Shown: positions 34,324-42,936, numbered from the stretch's first letter. The stretch: DNA of 44,615 nucleotides from Actinomycetales bacterium Ga0077552 (GCA_001464255.1 LNFD01000192.1:1-44615); one strand, 5' to 3'. Translations and numbers: made by a program. The notes: generated by a model from the letters alone, not told the origin.

Positions 34324-35849
34324 CGCTCGACGAGATCGAAGCCGCGTTCCGCGTGGGTTGCTGCTCCGAGGCGCGGCTCGCATCTGAGGGCTGCAAGGTG
34401 TGCGGCCCGCAGATGGCAGCGATCGAGGCCGTGCGGGAGATGGCGCGGGAGCGAGACGCCCTCCGCGAATGCGTCCTCAGGACCGGCTCGGCGCTCGGGG
34501 CCGGTGCGAGCGACGGGATCGGCATGCTCCCGAAGTACGCCGACGAACTGCGGGCCGACTTGGCCGCTGCCCGTGGTGCCATCTCGGGGCTTGAAGTCGG
34601 CATCGAGTACGTCGCCCGCACGGTTCTCGGCGCGGCTCCGGGCGTGGCATTGGAGCACGCTGCCCGCGCCGTGGTGGCCGACCGAGACGAGGCGCGCTCC
34701 GAGGTGCGGGCGCTGAGGGAGCAGCGTGACGCCATCCGTGAGGCGCACAGGGTCGAGATCGAGGCCCTCACGGCGCAGCGCGACGACGCCAAGTCCGAGG
34801 CCGCGTGGGCAACCGAGCGGGCCAAGGGTGCGGAGGCGGAGCGGGACGCCCTCATCGAGGGCCTCGGCTTCGTCGAAGCGGGGCGCGATGGGCGAGGCAG
34901 TGCGCCGATCTACGAGCGCGGGTGCCGCCGTGTGTACGCTGGCGGGCACGACGGCTGGGTGTGTGCGCCGATCTACGAGCGCGGGTGCCGCCGTGTGTAC
35001 GCTGGCGGGTACGACGGCTGGGTGTGCGCCACCGAGAAAGACGGCGCGCGCTCGACGGTGCACTTCGACGGTCTCGGGCAGGCGCTGGCCTATTCGGTGT
35101 CCCGCGACATCGATGCGCTCACCGCGCGAGTAGAGGCGGCGGAGCTGGAGCGGGACGCGCGAGATCTGAGCGGAGAGGTGCTCGCGCGGTGCGACACGGT
35201 GCTGAACGGGCCGAACCCCGAGACGCACTGGCGATCCCTGCACGACATCGACGCGCAGGTGGCCGCGACGAAGGCCCGCGCCGAGGCCGCCGAGAAGAAG
35301 CTCGAGGTGGCGCAGCAAGCCTTGCGAAACGTGCTCGTGATAGCCGAGGGGATCGACGCGTTCGCAACGCAAATGGAGAAGCTGGAGCGGGAGCTGAAGG
35401 ACGCGTGGGGCTCCGCGCGGCTGTGGAAGGCCGACCACGACACGCAGAAGGCGCGCGCCGATGCCGTGGCTGAGAAGCTCCAGGCGCTGGTGGACGCAGG
35501 TGGCGGAGCGGTCGCATCCGTGGGTGCCGCGATGATCGCGGGCGAGAGGCTTTCGCAGATCGGCAAGTGGGGCCCCGAGCACGACAAAGCGCACGTGCGC
35601 GGCGAGCTTGCGATCGCCGCGGCGCAGTTGGCCGCGTTCGGCACGGACGCCTCGGTGACTGACCCTCACGAAACGCTCGCGTGGAACCTCGTCGAGAGAA
35701 CCCGCGGGGACCGCACGCGGCAACTCGTCGTCGCTGGTGCGCTCATCGCCGCGGAGATCGACCGCGAGGCCGCCCTCCGAATGGCGGATGCGCTCACCTC
35801 AGGAGGAGATCGTGGCACTGCGCCGGATACTGGCCCGCCTCCGAGGTGA
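34320..35849 (+). CDS. Mosaic Ead/Ea22-like coiled-coil protein with conserved C-terminal phage domain
   Basis: ATG 34320; C-terminal ERLSQIGKWGPEHDKAH..GELA.AAA..LVVAGALIAAEIDR. Confidence 0.7.
   Translation: MTLDEIEAAFRVGCCSEARLASEGCKVCGPQMAAIEAVREMARERDALRECVLRTGSALGAGASDGIGMLPKYADELRADLAAARGAISGLEVGIEYVARTVLGAAPGVALEHAARAVVADRDEARSEVRALREQRDAIREAHRVEIEALTAQRDDAKSEAAWATERAKGAEAERDALIEGLGFVEAGRDGRGSAPIYERGCRRVYAGGHDGWVCAPIYERGCRRVYAGGYDGWVCATEKDGARSTVHFDGLGQALAYSVSRDIDALTARVEAAELERDARDLSGEVLARCDTVLNGPNPETHWRSLHDIDAQVAATKARAEAAEKKLEVAQQALRNVLVIAEGIDAFATQMEKLERELKDAWGSARLWKADHDTQKARADAVAEKLQALVDAGGGAVASVGAAMIAGERLSQIGKWGPEHDKAHVRGELAIAAAQLAAFGTDASVTDPHETLAWNLVERTRGDRTRQLVVAGALIAAEIDREAALRMADALTSGGDRGTAPDTGPPPR
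34901..35026 (+). repeat. In-frame 63-bp tandem duplication
   Basis: Units start at 34901 and 34964; 62/63 identical. Confidence 0.95.
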
Positions 35850-35865
35850 GCCGTGACGCTGACGG

Positions 35866-36138
35866 CTACGCGCTGTCGCGGATGGACTTCAGCTCCGCGA
35901 ATGCACTGGCGAGCTGGTCCGGCGTCATCTTCCTCGCCGACGCGAGGTGGCTCCCATCGGGGCCTTGGTGGGTGTCGAAGAGCGCGAGCAGCGCGTCGAT
36001 GCGCCTACGAAGCCCGCCGGACGTCTCGTCCTGGATCATCATCACGTGGATGAGGGCGTTGGCCATCTTCTCGGGCGTCGGCTTTCCACGAACCTCGCTC
36101 ACCGCTGTGTTGGGCTTCTCCCGCACGTCGCTGTACAT
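35866..36138 (-). CDS. Hypothetical protein
   Basis: 90 aa with plausible composition; convergent with the early operon. Confidence 0.5.
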   Translation of the reverse strand: MYSDVREKPNTAVSEVRGKPTPEKMANALIHVMMIQDETSGGLRRRIDALLALFDTHQGPDGSHLASARKMTPDQLASAFAELKSIRDSA

Positions 36139-36262
36139 CCCCGCACCCTACCAGTGACGTTGCGGCTTCGGCATCACCCGCGACAGGTGATGCCACGTCG
36201 CGCCGAACTGCTAGGGTCGTCGGATGCCCCAAGATCACAGGGAACCTGGATGGTTCGTCCCC

Positions 36263-36586
36263 ATGGCGAACGACGATGCGCACGCCGCCTTCCTGAAGGG
36301 CGCGGTCCTCGACCACATCCGGAAGAACTGCGGCGCCGACATCGTGGAGACGGGATGCGAGGACGTCGCTTGGATTCATGAGGGCTGCGCGTTTCGCGCC
36401 CGCGTTGGCGAGTCGCTCGACTTCTACGGCGACGTCGGCCAGGTGTGGTGCATTCTGAAACGCCCGAATCTCTGGTTCGTCGTGACGACCTACCGAGGCG
36501 CCGTGCAGGACGGCCCGATCCTCATCGGGCTACCCGCCTCGGAGAGCGCCATCGCGGCCTTGAACGTGCCGAAGCGCCGACGCTGA
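36263..36586 (+). CDS. Hypothetical protein
   Basis: ATG 36263; GC3-rich codons. Confidence 0.55.
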   Translation: MANDDAHAAFLKGAVLDHIRKNCGADIVETGCEDVAWIHEGCAFRARVGESLDFYGDVGQVWCILKRPNLWFVVTTYRGAVQDGPILIGLPASESAIAALNVPKRRR

Positions 36587-36632
36587 GAGCAACGGGCCCG
36601 GTCCATCGCCGATGCCACGCAGCCAAGGCGCG

Positions 36633-37157
36633 TTAGCGCTTTCGCTTCGGGGGCGCGAGCTCGTCCCCTTTGGTCGGTGGGGACGGGGCCGGCGTGGGCG
36701 TCTCGTTTCGCTTCGCATGCCGGCGCGCGAAGACGCTCATCATCGCCACGAGATCCAGCCCCGCGATGACCCCGCCGACGACGTGGCCCCCAAGAGCCAC
36801 CGCCACGAGGGAGGCGGCGAGCCCGGCGAGCCCGATGGTCAGACCGAACTGCATCCCGAGTTTGGTGATCGCCATCTCGTCGCGTTGGGCGGTCTCGTCC
36901 TGCGTCACGAGCCTGACCTCAAGCGCTCGGCGGTGACGCGTCTCGTCCTGCCAGGACTTGACGATCGCTTCGCGGGTCGCGGGGTCGTACCTCGCCATCA
37001 TGTCGGGGTGGGGCAGAGGGCCCTCGTAGATCCCGACGTCCGCCCGCACGCGAACGTTGCCGTCCTGATCGCGTTCGCCGGCCATCTTCATCTCAGAAGA
37101 CGAAACGCCCGGGCTTGAAGCCCGGGCGCCGTGTGTCTTCTTGATGCCGTCGTTCAC
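36633..37157 (-). CDS. DUF2335-like membrane protein
   Basis: YEGPLPHPDMMARYD..IV...QDETRHRRALE followed by two TM helices. Confidence 0.8.
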   Translation of the reverse strand: MNDGIKKTHGARASSPGVSSSEMKMAGERDQDGNVRVRADVGIYEGPLPHPDMMARYDPATREAIVKSWQDETRHRRALEVRLVTQDETAQRDEMAITKLGMQFGLTIGLAGLAASLVAVALGGHVVGGVIAGLDLVAMMSVFARRHAKRNETPTPAPSPPTKGDELAPPKRKR

Positions 37158-37360
37158 CGCGCGTGAGATGCGCTCAACGTCGCGCGGCGGAAGTCGGCTC
37201 CGACGCGCTCCAGATCGGAGCGCAGCGCATCGGCGGCCTTGATGTTCCTCAGCTCTTGGTGGCGTCGCGAGTCGGTGTGCAGGGACCCTGCGACGTCTAT
37301 CGACCGGGCGAACCCGTCGACGAACGACACGAAGTGCTTCCTCACCTTTTCCATGTTCAT
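37154..37360 (-). CDS. Small partner protein of the DUF2335-like gene
   Basis: FVDGFARSIDVAG..DALRSDLERVGADFRRA; GTGA-coupled to the DUF2335-like gene. Confidence 0.7.
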   Translation of the reverse strand: MNMEKVRKHFVSFVDGFARSIDVAGSLHTDSRRHQELRNIKAADALRSDLERVGADFRRATLSASHAR

Positions 37361-37365
37361 GTTCC

Positions 37366-37381
37366 TAGGACACTTGTCCTA
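37366..37381. promoter_or_regulatory. Palindromic putative operator
   Basis: TAGGACA-CT-TGTCCTA, 5 bp upstream of ATG 37360. Confidence 0.5.
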
Positions 37382-37447
37382 CCACGTTCCTTCGGTCGAT
37401 TCATCGAAAACCTCACACACCCGAACAGCCGTCCAGGTAGGGGAAGT

Positions 37448-37502
37448 GCCCGCCAACCGCCGCGGGGGGGGATGGGGAGGGGGACGCAGGCGACCGGCGG
37501 GC
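37448..37502 (-). other. Long hairpin with C-rich loop at the end of the late operon
   Basis: GCCCGCCGGUCGCC pairs with GGCGGUUGGCGGGC; loop UCCCCCUCCCCAUCCCC... Confidence 0.55.
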
Positions 37503-37516
37503 TCGCGGACCGTAGA

Positions 37517-37708
37517 TCACCCCACGCCGATGCGCACGCGTCCGAGCGGCGTGCCGTCCTCGAGCCTCCACGTCGCCCAAAGAACGCCTCGCGCGCCGAG
37601 CCTCACGTCCAGCTCGAGCGCGAGGCCTCGTGGCGTCGCGCGCTCGTCGAGCTCCACGACGACGCGGTCGAGGGAGATGGTCCAAGCGGTCCAGGTCGAG
37701 CGGTGCAT
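37517..37708 (-). CDS. Small hypothetical protein (start uncertain)
   Basis: GC3-rich frame SLDRVVVELDERA..WRLEDG. Confidence 0.4.
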   Translation of the reverse strand: MHRSTWTAWTISLDRVVVELDERATPRGLALELDVRLGARGVLWATWRLEDGTPLGRVRIGVG

Positions 37709-37760
37709 CACCGAGCATCGGCCGGGCGCGGTATCCGTTGCGCGACGAGCTCCCGACCAG

Positions 37761-38528
37761 CTACCGCCTCCGACCTGGGACAGGGCTCCCACGCCCCACT
37801 GACGCCGACGCCGACCCTGCCGACCTCCCGGATCCCCCGAATGTCGCCGACCGCGGGACGTCAGTGGAGGGCGGCCGGGCGCGGCCTGCAGCTCGGGACG
37901 AGGTGGCCAACACCTGAGGCGCCCGCGTCGGAGCGGGCGTAGCCGCCTGGGTGACCGGGGAGCCGCCCGACGAGGCCCCGACGCCATGGCCAGCCTCGAT
38001 CCCCGCCGAGGCACCTGAACGGGCCTCAGCCGCACCAGCGGACGCAGGCGACGCGGACACCGCGGCCGACGCCGCCGAGCGTACAGCGCGCGGCGCAGCG
38101 CCAGCGGCGACCGTCGCGGTCGTCCCCGACGTGCCGGCGCGCACCTCGCGCTTCGCGTTCCCGGCCGACGCCGTCCCGAGGTCCCCGGCTGCCCCCGACC
38201 TCACGTCGGTCTTGGTGCCCCCGGCTGCCGCAGCGGATTGAGCGGCGCTCGCCCCGGACCGGGATGCCTTCGGCGCGCTCCCCGCGGTGGCGGCGCCAAG
38301 GGCGGCCGAGCTCGCGGAGCGAGCTGCTGCGGGGGCTCCGCCCGCGCTCGAGCTTCCCGTCGAGGCCGTGGCTCCCGACCGCGTCTCGATGATGCCGGAG
38401 GACGGCGCGTCGAGCAGCGCGGCGGTAAGGACCTCGTCGAGCGCCGACGACCTCGGCAGGAGCCCCGCGATGGACCTGCGCGCCCGCAGCTGCTTCTTCC
38501 GCGCGAGGGTGCCGCGCCAGATCCCCAC
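37761..38528 (-). CDS. Ala/Gly/Ser-rich virion fibre-like protein with 20-aa period
   Basis: R-S/A-G/A recurs every 20 aa, seven times. Confidence 0.65.
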   Translation of the reverse strand: MGIWRGTLARKKQLRARRSIAGLLPRSSALDEVLTAALLDAPSSGIIETRSGATASTGSSSAGGAPAAARSASSAALGAATAGSAPKASRSGASAAQSAAAAGGTKTDVRSGAAGDLGTASAGNAKREVRAGTSGTTATVAAGAAPRAVRSAASAAVSASPASAGAAEARSGASAGIEAGHGVGASSGGSPVTQAATPAPTRAPQVLATSSRAAGRARPPSTDVPRSATFGGSGRSAGSASASVGRGSPVPGRRR

Positions 38529-38531
38529 GGG

Positions 38532-39341
38532 TCACCCGTTCGCGATCGTCAGGTAGACCTCGGGGATGCCGCTCGAGGTGCTGTCGGCCTCGACGACGAG
38601 CCAGAGCGCCGAGGTGTCGTAGAGGATGGGGAGGCCTGCCGCGTCGAGAGCGTCCACGCCGCCGTCGTTCGCGGTCTTCACGCGGTTCGACCAGAGCCGC
38701 CTTGCGACCACTACGTTGACGGTCCCGCTCGCTGCGGCCACGCCACCGACCGTCACGCTGTCGATGTGTTGGATGCCCTTGTCGCCCGCCTGGAGCGGCA
38801 TCGGGATCAGGCGCCGCGTGGTCATGCTCGCGAGCGAGGCGGAGGCCCCCGTGGTCCGCCCCGCGGTGCCAGCCTCGTTCGTGTAGCCGATGGCGATCGT
38901 GGCGGCGCTGGCTGCGATGGCGGCGTTGACCTCGATGAAGAGTTCGAGGTCGGTGTAGTCCGCGGCGGGGAGGCGCCCCGAGTAACTCGGCTGTGACGTC
39001 AGGTTGAACGTCGTGAGCGCGGCGAGGGAGAACGACCCCGCGTGGAAGAGGCGATCGTAGATCGTGAGCCGAGATGCGACAGACGAACCGAAGTCGACGG
39101 CGCCGAGGTAGCCCGTGGCCCCTCCCCCGAACGCGTTGATGAGCGGATGCCCAGCGCCAGCGTCGGTGGGCACGAGACCGTTCGCGGTGTTGCCGACCGC
39201 GAGAGAGCCCGCGCCCGGGAGCCCGGCGAGGTCGAGCGTGGTGAACGGCAGCGCGGCGATGGTGGTCGCGGCGGCCGTCTTGATGACCTTGGTCCGCTGC
39301 TTCGCGGCGGCGACGTACCCGTCGACGGTCGTGATCGCCAT
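38532..39341 (-). CDS. Putative virion structural protein
   Basis: MAITTVDG.., YDRLFH, YTNEAGTAGRT and PLQAGDKGIQ.I.SV patterns recognised from phage tail-region proteins. Confidence 0.65.
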   Translation of the reverse strand: MAITTVDGYVAAAKQRTKVIKTAAATTIAALPFTTLDLAGLPGAGSLAVGNTANGLVPTDAGAGHPLINAFGGGATGYLGAVDFGSSVASRLTIYDRLFHAGSFSLAALTTFNLTSQPSYSGRLPAADYTDLELFIEVNAAIAASAATIAIGYTNEAGTAGRTTGASASLASMTTRRLIPMPLQAGDKGIQHIDSVTVGGVAAASGTVNVVVARRLWSNRVKTANDGGVDALDAAGLPILYDTSALWLVVEADSTSSGIPEVYLTIANG

Positions 39342-39344
39342 GGC

Positions 39345-40049
39345 TCAGTCCACCCGGAAGGTGGTGCCGGTGTCGAGCTGCGGGATGGTGCCCTGGACGA
39401 TCGACATCGGCAGCGCGCGTTGGGCGATGCCCGAGCCCAGCGTCGTCATGTCGACGGTCGCGCCGCCGGAGGTGAGCGCGAGCGTGATGGTGTCGCCATC
39501 GGGCGCGGTCTTCACGAAGTACACGACGCCCTCGGAGAGCCCGGTGGGCAGCGTGGAGCCGAGGAGGCTGCGGAAGACGACGCGGTCGTCGACCACGAGG
39601 CCGTGGCCCACGATCTTGATCTCGTCGGTGGAGGGGAGCCCCACGAACGGCTTGCTGAACCCGCCCGTGGTGGGCCCGATGATGCCGCGCGCGATGACCT
39701 TGCCCGCTCCGGACGAGGCCGTGCCGACCTGGAAGTGCGTTGCCTCGACGGCGGCGCCCGCGTTGGACCGCTGGCCGAAGGCCGCAGTAGCGGCGAGCGC
39801 CGTTGCCCCGCCGGACGCTGCCGCGAACCCGGCGCCTCGAGCCAAGGCCACCCGTGCGTACCCGGTGTACGAGACCTCCGCCGTCGTCTGGTCGCTGATC
39901 TCGCCGGGGTCGGCGGTATGCAGCGAGAGGTACAGGGACCCCGCCGCCGCGCTCGGCAGAAGGCCCGCCGCATCGCCCACGAGCGTGATGGCCGCGTTGC
40001 GGAAGATGTGATCCATCAGCTCGTTTTCGAAGGTGTTGCCGAACGACAT
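39345..40049 (-). CDS. Phage tail/fibre-associated protein
   Basis: LYLSLHTADPGE..EVSYTGYARVA and HGLVVDDRVVF..LPTGL..YFV motifs. Confidence 0.7.
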   Translation of the reverse strand: MSFGNTFENELMDHIFRNAAITLVGDAAGLLPSAAAGSLYLSLHTADPGEISDQTTAEVSYTGYARVALARGAGFAAASGGATALAATAAFGQRSNAGAAVEATHFQVGTASSGAGKVIARGIIGPTTGGFSKPFVGLPSTDEIKIVGHGLVVDDRVVFRSLLGSTLPTGLSEGVVYFVKTAPDGDTITLALTSGGATVDMTTLGSGIAQRALPMSIVQGTIPQLDTGTTFRVD

Positions 40050-40058
40050 GCAGACTCC

Positions 40059-40841
40059 TCACCAGCCAGCGGCTGAAACCCAGTTCCCCAGCGCATCGAG
40101 CTCGCGGCTCGACAGGGAGCCCTCCGCCCAGACCCATGCCCCGAGCACGTCGATCCGCCCCTCGTCGTCGCGGCAGGCGCGGTCGAGGTCCGAGACGAGC
40201 CGTCCCGGGCCGTCGTCGAGCTCACCAGCGACGGGAGCGCCCTTCCGCTCGTAGCTGGCGAGGTGTGGAACCACAGAGGCGTCGTCCCAGAGGCCGCGCA
40301 GCACCTCGAGCCCAGCGCGCACCCGGGCGGCCTTCGCCGCGCGGAGGTAGGCCTGCCACCCGAGCCAGCCGCGGCCGACGATCGCCTTCCATGGGAACGC
40401 TCCGCGCTCGGTCGGCAGGCCGTAGGTCGTGAGGCCGACCATCGTCGCCTCGGTCGCACCATCGACCAACGTCGACCAGGCGGCGACGAGCTCGTCGTGG
40501 AGGCCGCGGTAGGGCTCCTCGGCGTCGAGGATGTACCCGCGAAGCGGGAGGCGCTGGGAGAGCGTCAGGAGCTCCTCGGTGACCCGTGCGCCCAGCTTCG
40601 CCCGGTCGTGCCCCGGGAGGGCGTACGCGTGCACATCGAGGCCCGCGCCAACGAGCTGCTCGACCACGCGAGCGAACGCCGCCCGCCGCGGGCGCCACCC
40701 GTCCGAGGCCTCGGCGCACAACCCAACGTGCTTCGCTCCCGCGCGCTGAAGGCGCTCGACGAGCCGCGACGTGGCTGCGGCGCCAGCGACGCTGTCGCCG
40801 CGCTCGCAGTAGATGCCGAGACCTCGGGGGATCGTGGTCAC
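40059..40841 (-). CDS. Glycoside-hydrolase-like protein, candidate endolysin
   Basis: GTG 40841; beta/alpha alternation, GYILDAEEPY (DxE), WQAY; downstream of membrane genes. Confidence 0.5.
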   Translation of the reverse strand: MTTIPRGLGIYCERGDSVAGAAATSRLVERLQRAGAKHVGLCAEASDGWRPRRAAFARVVEQLVGAGLDVHAYALPGHDRAKLGARVTEELLTLSQRLPLRGYILDAEEPYRGLHDELVAAWSTLVDGATEATMVGLTTYGLPTERGAFPWKAIVGRGWLGWQAYLRAAKAARVRAGLEVLRGLWDDASVVPHLASYERKGAPVAGELDDGPGRLVSDLDRACRDDEGRIDVLGAWVWAEGSLSSRELDALGNWVSAAGW

Positions 40842-41074
40842 GCCGACTTGGCCGGCGTGATGTCGATGAAGTAGTCCTCGCCCGGCTCGAAGGCGCCGTG
40901 CACGGCGGGGTTCGAGATCGTCATCTCGAGGCTCCCGCCGGGGGTCCACTTCGACCACATCTTGTTCTCCTCACCGCTCACGGGGTGGAAGCGCACTCTC
41001 TCGAGCGCCTCATCGGATCCGCCGCCCTTCATCTTGGCGACTTCGCTGCAACGGAACTTGGCACGGACGTTCAT
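40838..41074 (-). CDS. Conserved small phage protein
   Basis: VRAKFRC..EENK.WSKWTPGG.LEM.I.NP...FEPGEDYFID; SD GAGGAG. Confidence 0.75.
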   Translation of the reverse strand: MNVRAKFRCSEVAKMKGGGSDEALERVRFHPVSGEENKMWSKWTPGGSLEMTISNPAVHGAFEPGEDYFIDITPAKSA

Positions 41075-41114
41075 GGTTCTCTCCTCGGCGCCGCACATCG
41101 CGGCGCGTCATCGT

Positions 41115-41285
41115 TCATCGCGCGGGCTGCGGTCCGAGACGCTGGGTGTCGTCCTCGGCGCGCCGGCTCCGCTCGACGTCCTCCTCGAGCTGCAGACGCG
41201 GGATCACGCGCTCGAGGGCGCCGCGGGCGGCCTCGTCGAGCTGCCCCGATGCGAGCAGCCGGCGGAGTGCGGCAGCGTCGCTCAT
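41115..41285 (-). CDS. Small hypothetical protein
   Basis: ATGA-coupled to the upstream gene. Confidence 0.45.
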   Translation of the reverse strand: MSDAAALRRLLASGQLDEAARGALERVIPRLQLEEDVERSRRAEDDTQRLGPQPAR

Positions 41286-41560
41286 GGGTGGTCGGGCCCC
41301 CTCGGAGGCGCAGCGGGGGGGGCCGTGTCCAGGCCACGCACTCGTCGGGCACGCACGCGCTCGAGGTTCTTGTCCCGGATCGCGTCGAGCGACTCCGCGG
41401 CGGGGGGCATGGCGTCGAGGCGCCCGCGCGACGCTTCGAGCATGCGGCGAATCTCCGCGGCCTCGTCGGCGTCCGCCTTCTCGATGAGCGCGTCGATGCT
41501 CGCGAAGAGCACCTTGGCGGCGACGGTGACGCCTGTCTCGATGAGCGCGTCGAGGCTCAT
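41282..41560 (-). CDS. Hypothetical protein
   Basis: SD GGAGGT; ATGA-coupled. Confidence 0.55.
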   Translation of the reverse strand: MSLDALIETGVTVAAKVLFASIDALIEKADADEAAEIRRMLEASRGRLDAMPPAAESLDAIRDKNLERVRARRVRGLDTAPPAAPPRGPDHP

Positions 41561-42384
41561 CGCGCACCTCCGACGTCCGCGAGGAGCACGTCGGGGAGTT
41601 GAGGCAGCTCCACGCCGACACCACGAAGCGCCGTCGCGAAGGTCCCCCAATCCACGACGAAGCGAAGCCCGGCGGTGACGAGCGCTTCGAGGATCTCCTC
41701 TCCGATGCCCGCGAGGTGAGCGACGTCGAGGCTGGATACCCACGACGAGACCGTCAGGCGGAGGCCCTCGTACGCAGCCTCCGCCGGGCGCATGTCCTCG
41801 CGCACCTGGAGCACGCACACCTCGTCCTCACACGCCGCGCTTCGCTCCTCTGCGACCTGCACCATCATCCGACGTCCGCCTTCAAGAGCGACCGTCGCGA
41901 TCGTGGCCGCCCTTGCCTGAGCGAGGAGCGCCCCGCCGCACCCTGGGAGCGCGACGAGAAGGACCGCCCAGAGACCCAACGCGCGGAGCAGCGGCGGCCC
42001 GAAGAGCCGCCATGCCGCGAGCGTGCACAGGCCGAACAGCGCGAGGTACCCGATGGCGTCGTGGGCAGCGAAGCCCGCCTCGCTGTCGTCGTCGTCCTCG
42101 TCGAGGTCGTCATCGGGGTCGAGGCGGATGGGAGCGCGCTCGACGCGGTTGACCGGCAAGCGCGATGGCGCTCCGCCCTGGCGGAACACGCTCGGTAGCG
42201 CGACACCGGTGACGGTCGTGATCACCAGTCCGACTACGTACAGGACCACTTCGCCGCGGTGCGCCTCGGGGATCGCGTAGGTGAGAGCGCTGAGGAACCC
42301 GAGCGCTGCCGCGATCACGATGGCGTGGGGGACTTTGAGCGCGTCGAGGCGCTGGAGGAGAGTCGGGTTCTTCTGGTCGGTCAT
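41557..42384 (-). CDS. Multi-pass membrane protein (holin/spanin candidate)
   Basis: About four hydrophobic segments, an acidic loop and an internal LVALPGC. Confidence 0.6.
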   Translation of the reverse strand: MTDQKNPTLLQRLDALKVPHAIVIAAALGFLSALTYAIPEAHRGEVVLYVVGLVITTVTGVALPSVFRQGGAPSRLPVNRVERAPIRLDPDDDLDEDDDDSEAGFAAHDAIGYLALFGLCTLAAWRLFGPPLLRALGLWAVLLVALPGCGGALLAQARAATIATVALEGGRRMMVQVAEERSAACEDEVCVLQVREDMRPAEAAYEGLRLTVSSWVSSLDVAHLAGIGEEILEALVTAGLRFVVDWGTFATALRGVGVELPQLPDVLLADVGGAR

Positions 42385-42387
42385 GGT

Positions 42388-42936
42388 CTACCTCGTTGCT
42401 TGCTTGCGGAACTCCGCGAACTGTTGGTTGAGCGCCGCGAGCGAGCGCTCGAGCTCGCCGCAGCGCGCCTCGGCGCGCTGCGCACGGTCGAGCGCGTTGA
42501 GCGCCCCGTTGTTCGCCCGCTCGATCTCGACGCGGCACTCCTCGCGGTCATGGGCCCGCGCGACTTCGAGCTCCTCGCGCTCACGAGCCCGCGCGATCTC
42601 CAGCTCGGACGCCCGCGCGTTCGCCGCGTGCGCTTCGCTCCGCGCGGCTCTCACTTCGACGCGAAGCTGCTCCGACTCGGTGACCGCCGAGAGGAGGTGC
42701 CTGCCGCTCGCCTCCTCGCGCGCCCGGTCCGCCTCCGCGTCGGCCGCCCGGGTGCGCGCCTCAATGAGCCTCGTCTCGGCGATCGCCTTCCGCGCCGCCG
42801 CGAGCTTCTCCTCAGCGGCAGCGTGTCGCGGGGCGGCCTCGGCCCGGGCGCGAATCCAGAGCCCGACGGCCGTGATCACGCCCGCCACCGCGAGTAGCAG
42901 CGTGGTCAGCGTGCCGCCTGCGAGCTCCCAGGTCAT
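42388..42936 (-). CDS. N-terminal TM plus coiled-coil protein
   Basis: One TM helix then a long coiled coil; SD GGAGG. Confidence 0.7.
   Translation of the reverse strand: MTWELAGGTLTTLLLAVAGVITAVGLWIRARAEAAPRHAAAEEKLAAARKAIAETRLIEARTRAADAEADRAREEASGRHLLSAVTESEQLRVEVRAARSEAHAANARASELEIARAREREELEVARAHDREECRVEIERANNGALNALDRAQRAEARCGELERSLAALNQQFAEFRKQATR

Noticed and set aside
34901-35026. CRISPR array or DGR template/variable repeat pair
   Set aside because: Two abutting copies without spacers; no cas or reverse transcriptase gene in the window.
37464-37483. G-quadruplex
   Set aside because: The G runs are the complement of the hairpin's C-rich loop; the strand-specific G-U pairs favour the RNA hairpin explanation.
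37690-37720. Possible frameshift joining MLGDAPLDL to TAWTISLD
   Set aside because: Cannot be supported without homologs; an in-frame ATG at 37708 explains the ORF.
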